The notes under the pieces are model-generated. The model saw only the letters and a program-made list of their open reading frames with translations. It ran no database searches and had not been told where the DNA came from. Shown one piece after another: positions 1 through 13,539 of a DNA stretch of 64,000 bases. The position numbers were made by a program, and so were the translations under genes. The stretch spans positions 34,945,039 to 35,009,038 of the forward strand of contig NC_068987.1 in assembly GCF_001194135.2 (NCBI RefSeq), given 5' to 3'. The stretch comes from Octopus bimaculoides. Its lineage: Eukaryota. Position 1 is the stretch's first letter. Each line of letters begins with the position of its first letter.

Positions 1-366
1 ATATATATATANNNNNNNNNNNNNNNNNNNNNNNNNNNNNNNNNNNNNNNNNNNNNNNNNNNNNNNNNNNNNNNNNNNNNNNNNNNNNNNNNNNNNNNNN
101 NNNNNNNNNNNNNNNNNNNNNNNNNNNNNNNNNNNNNNNNNNNNNNNNNNNNNNNNNNNNNNNNNNNNNNNNNNNNNNNNNNNNNNNNNNNNNNNTATAT
201 ATATACACAAACGTTTGCACGTAAGGCCACCCACTCCCTGCTGCAAATTACGTCTGCCAATTATAATGAACAGGTACAAGGTAGGTCATTGATTCCACCT
301 AGGTGGAAGGTACCGCACAAACATTAGTTACATAATCAAAGCGAAATTTTAAAGTGTAGTTTGCAG

Positions 367-620
367 TCATGGATGTGTGGCTCAAGTTACATGGTTTCAT
401 ACTTAGACCCACTGTGGCACTTTGTGCAAGTGTCTACTAATCTAGTTCTAGGGCGACCGAAAACCTGTGAATGGATTTTATAAACCGAAACTGAAAAAAG
501 CTCGTGTGGGAATTGTTTGTATCTAACCCCTCGTCGCTTGACAGCTAAATTTAGTTTCTTTAAGTCTTCCTAACATGATGTTTCGGCAAAAGAACCGATA
601 GACGAAGAGCAAGATGCTGG
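367..620 (+). mobile_element. Degenerate SINE, group A (tRNA-like head plus CORE-like segment)
   Basis: gtggcactttgtgcaagtgtctact...gtgaatggatttt...ccgaaactgaaaaaagctcgt aligns with the better copies at 3038-3460 and 30132-30507; 3' body remnants gtcgcttgacagct and ttcggcaaaagaaccgatag. Confidence 0.7.
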
Positions 621-883
621 AGAACAAAATTATATTTATGAATAACCAGTTTAGTTGTGTGTCAGTATAGGAAGTTACGTTGCTATATATCGTTCAAAGG
701 AATTCCATATATTGCTCTACGTAGAGCATGACAGTTTATAAAAGATTCCAGAAAACACTAAAACACTTCAAACATGTATACGTACACACTCAAACATATA
801 GATGTATATATATTTACATATGTGTGTGTGTATACAATGTCTCATATATACGTATATATATATATATATAAACGTATATCTAC

Positions 884-919
<36 letters not shown>

Positions 920-1008
920 NNNNNNNNNNATATATATATATATATATATGCATATTCATATATCTTATTACATACATACGTACCTATATACATATACACA
1001 AACACACA

Positions 1009-1010
1009 CA

Positions 1011-1069
<59 letters not shown>

Positions 1070-1092
1070 AAGAGAGGGAAAGAGCGAGAGAG
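1009..1092. repeat. Compound (GT)n(GA)n microsatellite
   Basis: Read directly from the sequence. Confidence 0.95.
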
Positions 1093-1673
1093 AGATAAAA
1101 GCAGCAGAAACTACAGAATATAATAATACAATGTAGAGAATTAAGGCTGCAGGGTGAATAACCGAATATTGAGACAATAAGGAAAAAAGAGTAAAAAAGA
1201 AACGGAAAAATAAATAAATAAATAAACAACGAAAAGAAACAAACTCTCCTGAATCCATAATGTAATATAACGATGTAATAGGGAAGTGACAGAAACTATT
1301 AAGAATTCAGCAGAGTGATTCTGATAGAAAATACCATCAAACACTTAGCAAGCGTCAAGGGAGACAAAATTGATTTAGTCAATATACTCAGAAAGGGGTG
1401 TTGTTTAACCACAGGTCAGCTACTTTCGAAAGGACCTACAATCAAAAACTTTCCATACTATTTTCTGTATTTTTCATTATTCTATTCAATGATTTCTTCC
1501 TACTTTAAAATTTTGGGCTGAGATTTAATAGTCATTGCTGGCAGTTACTTTGCTCGAATCAAGGCATATTTCCTAATACAAGTTAGTCTGAGAGGGATAA
1601 GGGTTTTGTAATTCATTTATATTGTTAAACAGGAGGTACAGTGTGACCATCGAAATTGGTAACAGGTTACATG

Positions 1674-1709
<36 letters not shown>

Positions 1710-1710
1710 C

Positions 1711-2030
1711 TGAGACCCCTTCGGTCATGACTAACCATGGGATTACACCTAGAAAGTTACCTTCCGAGGTACAAGTCCGGGCAAAGTTGTTTATGGAAGA
1801 ACAGCAGTCGCCCATGCATACTGGCCTTCCCTCTCCACGCCAAGGGAATGGGAAAGGCCGATACAGCTTAGCACCTGTGATGTCACAACTCATTTCTACA
1901 GCTGAGTGAACAGGAGTAACGTGAACTAAAGTGCCTTACTGAAGAACACAGCGAGCATTCCGGTCCGGGATTCGAACTCACAACCTCAGGATTGTAAGCT
2001 CGATGCTCTAACCACTGAGCCATGCACCTT
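1711..2030 (-). mobile_element. tRNA-derived SINE, group C (CORE-like centre)
   Basis: Minus strand begins aaggtgcatggctcagtggttagagc (A-box-like)...gagttcgaatcccgg (B-box-like), followed by gtgttcttcagtaaggcactttagttcacgttactcctgttcactcagctgtag. Head and core are shared with 48456-48765. Confidence 0.85.
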
Positions 2031-2039
2031 CTCTCTCTC

Positions 2040-2085
<46 letters not shown>

Positions 2086-2129
2086 CGTGCGCGTGTATAT
2101 GTATTTATGTGTGTGTGCGTCTGTGTGAC

Positions 2130-2338
2130 TGTGTTTGAGTTTGTCACCCACCAGCACTTCACACCTGGTGCTGGTGTGTTAACATCCACAAAACTTAGCG
2201 GTTCGGCTACAAGATAGCGATAGTATAAGTACCAGGCTTAAAACAAAAATAAGTATGGGGGTCGATTGAAAATCTTGAAGGCGGTGCCCCAGCTTGTCCG
2301 CAGTCTTATGACTGAAACAAGTAACAAGTGAAAGATAA
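2130..2338 (+). mobile_element. SINE group A, 3' half
   Basis: cttagcggttcggctacaagatagcgatagtataagtaccaggctt...ggggtcgatt...atgactgaaacaagtaa, preceded by an (AT)n(GT)n tract. Confidence 0.85.
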
Positions 2339-2671
2339 NNNNNNNNNNNNNNNNNNNNNNNNNNNNNNNNNNNNNNNNNNNNNNNNNNNNNNNNNNNNNN
2401 NNNNNNNNNNNNNNNNNNNNNNNNNNNNNNNNNNNNNNNNNNNNNNNNNNNNNNNNNNNNNNNNNNNNNNNNNNNNNNNNNNNNNNNNNNNNNNNNNNNN
2501 NNNNNNNNNNNNNNNNNNNNNNNNNNNNNNNNNNNNNNNNNNNNNNNNNNNNNNNNNNNNNNNNNNNNNNNNNNNNNNNNNNNNNNNNNNNNNNNNNNNN
2601 NNNNNNNNNNNNNNNNNNNNNNNNNNNNNNNNNNNNNNNNNNNNNNNNNNNNNNNNNNNNNNNNNNNNNNN

Positions 2672-2716
<45 letters not shown>

Positions 2717-3037
2717 GACACACATATATATATATACACATATATATACAAGTATATATTTATTTATTCATTTGTTTATAGGTATGTATTTGTGTATAAA
2801 TAAATAAATATGTGCCCATGTGTTTATAAATAAGAGTAAATTGACCCTCATCATATGTCCATGTGCGTGTATGTAAGTACTAACAAACACAACGAAAAGA
2901 TTGTTGAAGTTTATCAGTTACATTTCCCATACTTTCCATTTAAAGAGGTATACACACACTCACACAAACGCATAGGTACGCACATACATACGTTCACATA
3001 TATAGCATTGTATATATAAATAGTAGGCGTGTAAGTA

Positions 3038-3460
3038 TTCTTTTATTCTTTTATTTGTTTCACTCTTTTGACTGCGGCCACGGTGGAGCACCATCTGTTT
3101 AATCGAGAAAATCGACACCAGGATTTATTCTTTGTAAGCCTAGTACTTATTGTATCCGTTTCTTTTTTTCGAACGGCTAAGTTACGGGAAGGTAAATACA
3201 CCAGCATCGTATGTCAAGCGATGTTNNNNNNNNNNGGGGGGGGGGGGCAAACACAGAAACACAGACGCACGCACACACATACCCGTATACATACTTATAT
3301 ACGACGAGCTTCTTTCAGTTTCCGTCTACCAAATCCACGCACAAGACTTTCGTCGGCCCGAGGCTATAGTAGAAGACACTTGCCCAAGGTTCCACGCAGC
3401 GGGACTGAACCCGGAACGATGTTTTTGGTAGGCAAGCTACTTACCACACAGATACCCCTG
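3038..3460 (-). mobile_element. SINE group A, near full length
   Basis: Reverse complement gives head gtgtggtaagtagcttgcct...gggttcagtcccgctgcgtggaaccttgggcaagtgtcttctactatagcctcgggccgac, an internal CA/AT tract, the 3' body and a (taaaagaa)n tail. Confidence 0.9.
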
Positions 3461-4137
3461 CTCTGCGCCTCTAAATATATATATATATACACAGGCGTAC
3501 ATTTATAAATGTATCATTTGTAAATATATATATCAGCATATGTATACTTATATAACAATATATATACTCATGTAAGTATAGATGATTGTGTGTGGTGGTC
3601 GTGGTCGTGGTGATGTTACAGAATGTTTTTTTTTTCCCGAAAATTTCCAAGAGTGGATGCTGTTCGTGCTTTTAAATGTGAGAAAGCATATATATTTATA
3701 AATATTTCCCATGCCTGACAAAACGATGTGGACGTCTGAGCGGTGCGCTTTGTTTTGGTGAAAGAGATTCCAAACGTGAACTTGTTCCCGTGATCCGATA
3801 ACGAAGTTAAGGGAGACTGAGATTAAAATAGTTTCATGGCATCAGTATGAATGAAACTGTCTAAATAAATAACCCCGTAATTCATAGAAGATATATTATT
3901 ATTTAAATGTGTTTTTATATATGAAATTGGATAAAATATCGAAAAATTTTCGACACAGATATTTAAGATATTACACCCAGTGACACCAGAAAACTCCGAC
4001 ACACAGACGTACACACACGCGCTCAAAATCGTACATAGACACAGAGAGACACACGCACACATGCATACGCACACTAATACGTAATAAGCGTTATGTGCAT
4101 ATATATACGCACACACACACACACACATATATATGCA

Positions 4138-4225
<88 letters not shown>

Positions 4226-4710
4226 NNNNNNNNNNNNNNNNNNNNNNNNNNNNNNNNNNNNNNNNNNNNNNNNNNNNNNNNNNNNNNNNNNNNNNNNNNN
4301 NNNNNNNNNNNNNNNNNNNNNNNNNNNNNNNNNNNNNNNNNNNNNNNNNNNNNNNNNNNNNNNNNNNNNNNNNNNNNNNNNNNNNNNNNNNNNNNNNNNN
4401 NNNNNNNNNNNNNNNNNNNNNNNNNNNNNNNNNNNNNNNNNNNNNNNNNNNNNNNNNNNNNNNNNNNNNNNNNNNNNNNNNNNNNNNNNNNNNNNNNNNN
4501 NNNNNNNNNNNNNNNNNNNNNNNNNNNNNNNNNNNNNNNNNNNNNNNNNNNNNNNNNNNNNNNNNNNNNNNNNNNNNNNNNNNNNNNNNNNNNNNNNNNN
4601 NNNNNNNNNNNNNNNNNNNNNNNNNNNNNNNNNNNNNNNNNNNNNNNNNNNNNNNNNNNNNNNNNNNNNNNNNNNNNNNNNNNNNNNNNNNNNNNNNNNN
4701 NNNNNNNNNN

Positions 4711-4742
<32 letters not shown>

Positions 4743-6439
4743 TCGCACACACATGCACATAGACATACCTGCACATACATACACATTGCACCGTATTTCA
4801 CTACACATATGCTTGATCATGAGTTTTTTTTATTGCGTGTGCTTGTGAACATTTGTGTGTATTTGCTTGCAATGCATGGTGCCGGTGAAATGAACCTTAC
4901 TGGAATCTTATTTCCTTTAATGGTTTGTCATTGTACTCCTCATTCCTATTCTAATGTGTTTCGGTGTTTGTATAAGCCAATAATTGTAGATTACTTTAGT
5001 TTATAAGGTCATTAGTAAGGTGGTTCTTCATAATACTGGCCACTGTCCGAAATTTCGGATATTGTCGTTTTACATCCTCCTTTATTACTTAAATCACTGT
5101 GACAACGAAATCATGATGTTGGTTTCTCTTGATATTTGTTGAAGCAGACACGTTCTCTCTTGTGTGTATTGCCGTCTGGTACATATACTTTTGTATGCGT
5201 AATAAAGTGAAACTTGAAATAACAAAGAAGTTAACATTCTCTCAAATGAAACAATTTATAGATGATGTCCTTGGTAAATAATTCTGCCTTAATTTCTTAC
5301 TCCCATTTAGTTTATTTTCTGAAAACGGAAACTAAAAGACCAGTTACAGATCACGTGACTACTTAGTAGCAACATTCAAAACTTTAAAATTTCTGTTTTG
5401 TTTGCGTTATCGTTTATTTTACTTTACTCAAGTGTTTTATGTGATGAGGATTCAACGTATCCGCTCTTATTTAGTTTTCTACCCAACATGTTGCCGTTCC
5501 TAAGTGTTTTAATAAGCTGTTTATGACTATTTTAATATTCTTCATACAGAAAGGTACATGTCCAGCAAAAATAACAAAGTAAGGAAATCCAGCGAATATA
5601 CACTCTGATATATAGATTTGACACCATAGCAGATGTTTTTTTTTGTTTTTTTTTCAGCAAATTATATCATGAAGAAAGTAATTAATTGTAAAAATTCGTA
5701 AATAAATCAACATGTAATATGTAAATCAAGCATGGTCATTTTGGAATTGAAAGCTTAAGCTTACATAATTAAATACTAATAACTGTATTTTAGTAATAAA
5801 AAAAAACAACATATTTGAGAGAAATTTTAGCGTTAAATAAATCCGAGTATTTGTTTGGCACCGATTTTGACCCAGAATGACAAACGCCAATATCGGGCTC
5901 AGTTAGATTTGAAACAATAACTGAAAGAGACGTAACTACATAACTTCTTACATGGGCAAAAGGTCCTATATTTAAGAGAGTGCATACCGTATCTTCAACC
6001 CTCGTTTAACATTAATAGATTAAGAGAAGGCAAAATATAACCACGTGTTTCATGAAATCAAAATCTAACTACACGTTACAATATTATATTGCAATGTTAA
6101 AGATAGAGACGACCCCTTAAAAGACATCCTGTAAGGTAAGAAATACATAGTTTTAGGGGGAAATCGTTCTCAGAAGAAAAATAAAACAGTTACATTGAGT
6201 ATTACCGAAAACACTAAAATTTATTCCTTGGGCAGTTGAATTAAAGTTCAACATTAAACAAAATAGTTTGAAGTATTTGATTTCGTTACTGAATGTTCTC
6301 AGAAAACAAAACAAAAAGAATAACCACCTAATTTCTACATCTTTTGTGACTGAGTGTACTCTGACCTGAATTAACCCAACATGGCTACAAATAATGTAGT
6401 TTCTACATCAAAGTTTTAGATTTTTTAGACAAGTTTTTT

Positions 6440-6775
6440 TTTTTTTTCATGAAAGATCAAGAGAAACGCTACGCAAGTTCAGATCTCCAAAATATAAGAG
6501 TGAAATCTTCTCCAAAATAATAAGATTGGGTGATCCTGGAATTCCTACCCCTGAATAGTAAACATTCAACGATAGTGGTTGGAATGCTATTGATGAAAGT
6601 ATGGTCGATCGGGATCCACCTGAGCTTAAGCAACAATATAAGTTTTATAATATCCATAAACTTCCTTCATTACCGGTTGAAACATACCGCAGGTCCAATA
6701 AAAGCAACCACAATAACATCAATAAAGGAAGAAAACAAGCAAAAACTGCAGCGGTCTGCGTAAAGTAAACTCAGC
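6440..6775 (+). mobile_element. Possible decayed L1/Tx1-type APE endonuclease fragment
   Basis: One frame reads ...EIFSKIIRLGDPGIPTPE**TFNDSGWNAIDESMVDRDPPELKQQYKFYNIHKLPSLPVETYRR...; SGWNAIDESMVDR resembles the GDWNAxLDxxxDR motif. Two in-frame stops; motif match by eye only. Confidence 0.35.
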
Positions 6776-6943
6776 CTTTATTATAAAGTAGAGAAGTGTA
6801 TAGGGAGAAGTGGTGAAGTGTATATGAAGTTGATATGTAAATAGTAAGATGCTTGTAAATTCAATGCAATTAAATATAACTTTAAAAGATGTTATATGCA
6901 TGCATCTCTCTCCCTTTCACTCACTCTCTGTACAGACACACGC

Positions 6944-6974
<31 letters not shown>

Positions 6975-7109
6975 TACAAAAACACACGCATATGCATACC
7001 TATATACATACATATATACATGCGTGTGTACATTTATGCATTTATCTATGCATGTATACATTATCTTTAAAGGAAGGTAACTTTTTAACGAACTGCTATA
7101 CACACACGT

Positions 7110-7196
<87 letters not shown>

Positions 7197-9075
7197 NNNN
7201 NNNNNNNNNNNNNNNNNNNNNNNNNNNNNNNNNNNNNNNNNNNNNNNNNNNNNNNNNNNNNNNNNNNNNNNNNNNNNNNNNNNNNNNNNNNNNNNNNNNN
7301 NNNNNNNNNNNNNNNNNNNNNNNNNNNNNNNNNNNNNNNNNNNNNNNNNNNNNNNNNNNNNNNNNNNNNNNNNNNNNNNNNNNNNNNNNNNNNNNNNNNN
7401 NNNNNNNNNNNNNNNNNNNNNNNNNNNNNNNNNNNNNNNNNNNNNNNNNNNNNNNNNNNNNNNNNNNNNNNNNNNTAAATGCAAGCATATATGCATACAT
7501 ACATGCACAAATACATACATACATACATACATACAATTATGCATATATTTATTCCAAACGAGTAAGGGAAGCTTCTACCAATCTCTGGTTGTCCGAGATC
7601 GGATAACGGAAGGCTGACGAAAGAAATGAGGAATTCATCCACAGAACAGAACTGCAACACAATGTTAGCAACAAAGCAGCTACTTTTAAAAACTCCCATC
7701 AATCAGCCGGTGGTCTTAAACCGGACAGAGATTTATGTGTACCGAAGTAGATACAGCTCTCACATCACAAGTGTAAATAAAATCACGAAACTAACAACTT
7801 CACAATAGGAAACATCATTCAGAGTAACACTTTATCTTCTAAGCAGATACAAAAAAGGAAAAAAAAATTAAATCACGTAATATACATAAGAGATTGATAT
7901 CTACTCACTCAGTTATTACTTTCTCATCTTCATATGCCATGACCCTAATGATTGAACGATCCAGGTTTATTATCCAGTCACCGGCATTTTGCAGTAGAAA
8001 TAAGACCAAATCTACGTGGAAAAATCTGATCACAGTTGAGTTTGATTAGACATCAAAAGTTATGGTGTGATATTTCTTTTAATTCGCTATGCAGCTATGA
8101 CTACTTTTATAATAAATTAACTATTCCTGTAGCATTTGAAATTTTAGATAGCTGTTTGAGTGTTATCTGGGATTCCGTATTATTATCTAAAATATATTCA
8201 TATTTTCGAAACCTTGATGCGGTGTCTTGATTGTGTTTCTGACTATTTTATTCCCGGTGTGATCAACATCGTATTGGTACACATTGCTGAGGATCATAAA
8301 TGAATATTTCTATGGAGTTAAATGCAACAGAGAACGATCAGTATATCCAAGAATGATTGTCACGATGCGTATCTGCCAAAGGGCGCAGCGTGTGTTTATA
8401 CGTGTTTTAATATGTATCCGTGGACAGGTGTGTGAGTGTGTGAATCTACATATATGGGTGTTTGGATTTGTGGGATGTTATTAGTACATGTGATTATGTA
8501 TAGAAGTATCCTTGTTCCTCGTGTTAAACAGTACAAATAAATAGCTGTGTGTAAGTATAAATAAATTCGGGTATGGATATGTTTGAATGCATACGGCTAT
8601 GTATATTTGCTTATGCTTGGATACATATGTACGTGCGAAAGCGAGGAATGGCATGTGTTGATGCAAGTGTGTGCGTGCGTTTATGTGTGTGAGTGTGTGT
8701 TTATACGTTTATGTGTTTGTGTGTATGCACGTGTTTACCGTATACTTCCAGTATTGATTTAACAAATTTCATGTACCTTAGTGATAATGAAAAGTTGTAT
8801 GAACGACTGAATGGAACATGTTATTGGGTGAAGTGACGCCACTTAGCCGTGATACATCGCAGCTGAGGAAATCACTTGTGAATGGATTCAAATTTAGGCG
8901 GCACTAACTTCTTTCGCTGCTGCTGTCTACAGAAATAGCAACTATAGCAGCAGCAGTAACAACAACAACAAGACCGGCAGCAGGCAACAGCTGCAGCAGT
9001 AACAGCACCAACCAGCTCAATAGCCGTATGCGAGAGAAATGTCGGCGTAGCAGTATTGATAAACTGTCAGGGTGT

Positions 9076-9091
9076 GGGCGGGGGAAGGGCG
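9076..9091 (+). promoter_or_regulatory. Two tandem GC-boxes (GGGCGG) 10 bp apart
   Basis: gggcggggaagggcgg in AT-rich surroundings. The motifs are certain; function is unproven. Confidence 0.25.
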
Positions 9092-9849
9092 GGAATAGAT
9101 AATCGTTAAAGTTCCTGACAAAATTGAAGTACACTATTCCGATATAAATCTTTTTTATTCTTCCTTTATTTTTTATCATTCTTCTTTTAAACCCAAGCGA
9201 AAGTCGTATTTAATATTAATCCTAACGTTCTTGAAAATAAATAAGTAAAAAAAGAGCCAAGTACATTGATCGAATTATTTTGTCTATGAAATCTTTATTA
9301 AAAGGAAGCGAAAAGTCGGCGCACTAATGGTGGGAGAGGATAGCAGGCATGAGTTAGATGGGATGTTACTATATATTTTTCTTTTAGATACTTAAAAAAG
9401 TAATAGATATACTTGCGCATATAACAGTGAGTTTTCTAAAGATTTAAAGGCAAAACTCGCACACGCCCACTCTCTCTCACTCTCTCTCTTTCCCCCTCTG
9501 TCTTTCTCACGTTCACACATGAATTGCGCACGCGTACACACACACACACACAATTTTACTTCAGTGGGTGTGTTTCTGAATGCATATTACACGATATTTT
9601 AGCATATATTTTATAAATTATCAGCCAGGGTTTGATCGGGATAGCCAATTGTGCGTGCGCGACGATGGCGAACTTCATATAGTAAGATGCGTGTCCTTAT
9701 TTCCGAAATTTAGTTAATATTCGAAAAAATTTAATTGATTTTACACATTGACCAATAACTTTTTATCAGGAGTTTAAATCACGTTACATTTAATAAAAGT
9801 TTATACACATAGAAGTAATGCGAATGGCTATTTTCATTGACTCGACTAT

Positions 9850-12103
9850 TTTAAGTATGTAGCGTAACGTATTATTACTCTCGCCTGCGAGTAGTCTCCT
9901 ATACTAGAGGAGGTTCAACTGAACGAATTTCCCGACTTGCAGAGGAAGGTATGTGCCTGGATACATTTTCGGTGCCAGGTTCCCTACCTCCGTCTACGCT
10001 TCCTACAGGATTGCAGCTCTGTCATTGTGATGAGCTTTGGAAAAATGAGTCTGCCAAACTGTTACCACACCGGTTTATCCTCAAGGAGGCGCTAGAGATG
10101 CCACAGACTCAGCGCACGGCTACACATTAACAGCCATGTTATGCCTACACCTAGAAGCAGCAGACGTTGATTGCAAATGGAATGCCTGACCAGCGAAGCC
10201 CATTCTCTCTGCAGAAACAATCAGTGAGCACTCCTTTCTGGTCAGCCATGAAAGTAAGGCATGGCATTTATGTGATATTATAACCGCTTTCGTATGCTTG
10301 GCTTCTGGCACTATAGCCCATTCCTGAGCGTTGACGATCAAAATCTGATTTGTGAGCATGTTGCATCTAGCACTTGTCACCCCAAAACTTTCGTTCCTTC
10401 ATTTGCTAGAGCACACACTCTAGCTCTCACAAGGCAAACTTTGTTCTTCACACTGGTCAAGGGAAATCTAACCTTCAACAAGTTATCTAAAAAGCTTCTC
10501 CTATATTCCTCATCTCTGTTCCTATGAAGCTCACCTACCAGTCTGGAAATCGCCATTGCAGTTGCGGACTAAACCATATTGATACTAATGCTCACGCATT
10601 TCTAAAATCTACACACCATCTGTTGTTGATTATCGTTTCAACCTACTCCCGCTCAACTAATTTGTTAATCCAGTCTTCTCTGTCTTGGCATGACAGAAAA
10701 AAAGTGTTTGTTTACCAGTTACTTTGTGCCTGTCTAAGAGAACAGACGATGAATTTCAATTCTAGAGCCTAGACGCTATACTTATTTGCATTTCTCTAGA
10801 ATACTGTCGAGGCACGATCTGTTTACCAGAGTTTTCATTGGCTGGAGTAGGCTTTCAAAATTTGTTGATAGCTCTGATACTGGTTCGTCCGATGCAATTC
10901 AAACATGCATCCAACATGGTGTTCCAATTGCCTACTACATTAAGGAGAGGGAAGTTGCGGGGAGAATTTCCAGATCCTGGCGATATCTACTTGCTATGCT
11001 TCTCTCGGTATGTAGACATAAATTAGTTTGAAGGCACACTTTCCGCTGATATGCAAAACCGGAACCACAAATTTACTTTCGGGTTCCAAGATGATCCATC
11101 GTATCTCGAGATGTAGAATTTTCCGAAATAACACTGCTACTCCGCCACCATTTCAAATTGGTTCTGAGGTGCGTAGAACTCAGTGTTATAATGTCTGAAG
11201 TTCTGGTCTCTCTTGTAGTTCTCACATCCATAATTGATTGCATAAATCGTTAAGCATGCACTCCTTCCTTGACGGTGAATCTAGACCAGATGCCTTTATG
11301 CTATCATCTAGGTTTTCTTTTTTCTATTTGCCTGTGCAGGTAATCGCGTGTATCAAAATCATATCTCTGTAAGGGGCTTCTGCCGTGACCTGTTAGAGAC
11401 TGTGACTCTGGGGGACCCGATATCATACAGGAAAACCGATCTCAATTCATTATGTCTGCTGGAGACTTACTAATTTCAGGGCGTACGACACAATCGTTTC
11501 CTTTTCCTGAGAACCTCTCTTTCTGTCTATATATTTCCTCTTTATGATTGCTAAGATAACAACTCTTAATTTTCTTCTTCTTACTTGCACAAAGTTGGAT
11601 AAGGTCGGAAATTGTTGCTGTAGTTGTCACCGGAGTCCTTTATCTATTATTTGTTTATTTTCTTGTTATTATTGAGGTTATATGTTTTTTTTTCTAACTA
11701 TATTTCATAGTGTGTTCGTTGTTGTTTGAGCATTTACTTTGTATCGCTATTTTTCTCTGGATTTCGCGTTATTTTGTGTCCGATATGGAATTAGTTTTGT
11801 TTTATGGTGTGCTCCTTTTCTTTTTGATTATTCGTTGTATCTTTTTATTTATTTGCTGTGCCAATCGTCATCACTAATATCATTGGAAGACTCCGACTCA
11901 AACAGGGTAAGGGCATAATCTCTTATTCACGAAGTGAGGAGGAATAGGGTTAGAATTGAAAATATTCTGGTTTGGGTTATCAGCTGATTGCACTTATTTT
12001 CTTACATTTATTATTTTTCGCTAGAGTTGTTGCTATTGCTGATGAAATTGATGCTGGTTTTGTCGGTGCTTCTGCTGCGGCTGTTTACGTGAATACTACT
12101 GTA

Positions 12104-12141
<38 letters not shown>

Positions 12142-12960
12142 CGTCGTTGTTCTTGCTGTCGTTGTTTTGTTGTTGCGATTGTTGAAGTCGGAACAGTTCT
12201 TGTTATTATTACTATATTTTATCCCTCCTGCTACTGTTGTCAATGCGTTTGTATTTGTAACACAGATAGAATCAGCAACAATGGGGCCCCTCATTACCCC
12301 TTTCCTGATTTGCTTGTATGAGCAGAAAAATCTGAGACGGACACGTGTTCCTCACACGTGCAGCATCGGTCATCTACTGAACACGATTATTCTTAGTTTT
12401 TAAGAATTCGGTAGGGAAATGAGGCTTCGGACTCTTTCCAGACCCTGGGGCTTCACACGGAGAAGAACTTCTAGTATGTTCCAACACCATTTCCCTAGTT
12501 TCTTTCATTTCACATTCAGTAAGTTTTCACTCGCTTCAAACGTTATGCGTGCTATCCGATATGACGGTCTGATGGGAACAGAGGCATTGCTAATTTTACT
12601 GCCCATTTTCCCAACTAAGTGAGGCGAGAGCCGAATCTTATAGTTTCCACTGAATGTCTTACTGCGTGGATCTCATTCTTAAAAACAAATTCGATTTCGC
12701 CGAACTGCCTTGCCCTACAGGTTTGTTTGATGGCCCGTCATATCATAGAAGGCCTCTCAAACATATGCGTTTCGGGCTGTCTCCAGGCAACAATTTTGTT
12801 GAATTTACGCAGATACAAAAGAATAATTTCTGGCAGTTGCAGTCTGAGATTTCTAAGTGGACGCCAACAGTTCCCATTTCATCTCCATTTAATCAAGTCA
12901 CGTGTTTCCTTGACATTTCGCAAGCCTACATTGTTGATATACATATAACTATTCCCCCTT
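9850..12960 (-). mobile_element. Tx1/L1-clade non-LTR retrotransposon, decayed: ORF1, APE and post-RT region present, RT domain missing
   Basis: Minus-strand translation across frameshifts: ORF1-like QFGEIEFVFKNE (about 12672-12707); degenerate zinc knuckle R*PMLHV*GTRVRLRFFC (about 12320-12380); Thr-rich (AAC)n linker; APE motifs DIITLSSTHL, GGGVAVLFRK (about 11120-11150), KLIYVYIP, NVVGNWNTMLD (about 10910-10945); then FLQREWASLVRHSIC...WLLMCSRALSLWHL...ELQSCRKR, like the Tx1 post-RT region (about 9950-10220). Confidence 0.8.
12105..12150. repeat. (GTT)n microsatellite inside the Tx1 ORF1 region
   Basis: Read directly from the sequence. Confidence 0.9.
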
Positions 12961-13265
12961 CTAATTTATGTTAGTATTTGTAGTTATGACAGGTTATAGC
13001 AACTATTTTTACCAACTAGCGACTTAAGAATAATATCTCATGCTTTCGGTCTTAAGTAAGAAAAATTCATCTTAAAGAAGGCAGCAGTAGAAGCGACTGA
13101 GAAGACGGGATAATCATGGTAGTAATAATTTTGATCCAAGGTTTGTCAGCTATGGGCGAGCGGAGAATTAAAAAAACAGAATTAACAGCAGCAACAACAA
13201 ACGCAGCTGTTCTCCTGCAAAATTGCCGTTTGCACCTTATATAATCAAATTTTGACATAGATAAT

Positions 13266-13320
<55 letters not shown>

Positions 13321-13501
13321 TTGTGTGTGCGCGTGTGCGTGTGTGTGTGTGTGTAAATATAGATATATATATGAGACAGATAAACGCATGGCTAGNNNNN
13401 NNNNNNNNNNNNNNNNNNNNNNNNNNNNNNNNNNNNNNNNNNNNNNNNNNNNNNNNNNNNNNNNNNNNNNNNNNNNNNNNNNNNNNNNNNNNNNNNNNNN
13501 N

Positions 13502-13539
<38 letters not shown>

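Noticed and set aside
1960-2030. tRNA-like sequence with A and B boxes (also 48700-48765)
   Set aside because: It continues directly into a SINE core and tail and lacks a complete cloverleaf with acceptor stem, so it is a SINE head rather than a tRNA gene.
5044-5061. Short palindromes such as tccgaaatttcgga here and gaaaccatggtttc near 39558
   Set aside because: 14-bp palindromes can occur by chance in 64 kb of AT-rich DNA, and there is no supporting context.
7550-7800. Possible RTE APE C-terminal remnant
   Set aside because: The similarity is too diffuse to support without an HMM search.
11972-12403. 143-aa hydrophobic + strand ORF resembling a membrane or secreted protein
   Set aside because: It is the antisense reading of the Tx1 ORF1 low-complexity (AAC)n region; the poly-V comes from the (GTT)n repeat.
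13060-13250. CAG/AAC-rich stretch resembling a poly-Q or poly-A exon
   Set aside because: No sustained frame or splice support; similar low-complexity tracts recur throughout the window (8900-9050, 19170-19240, 44600-44670).
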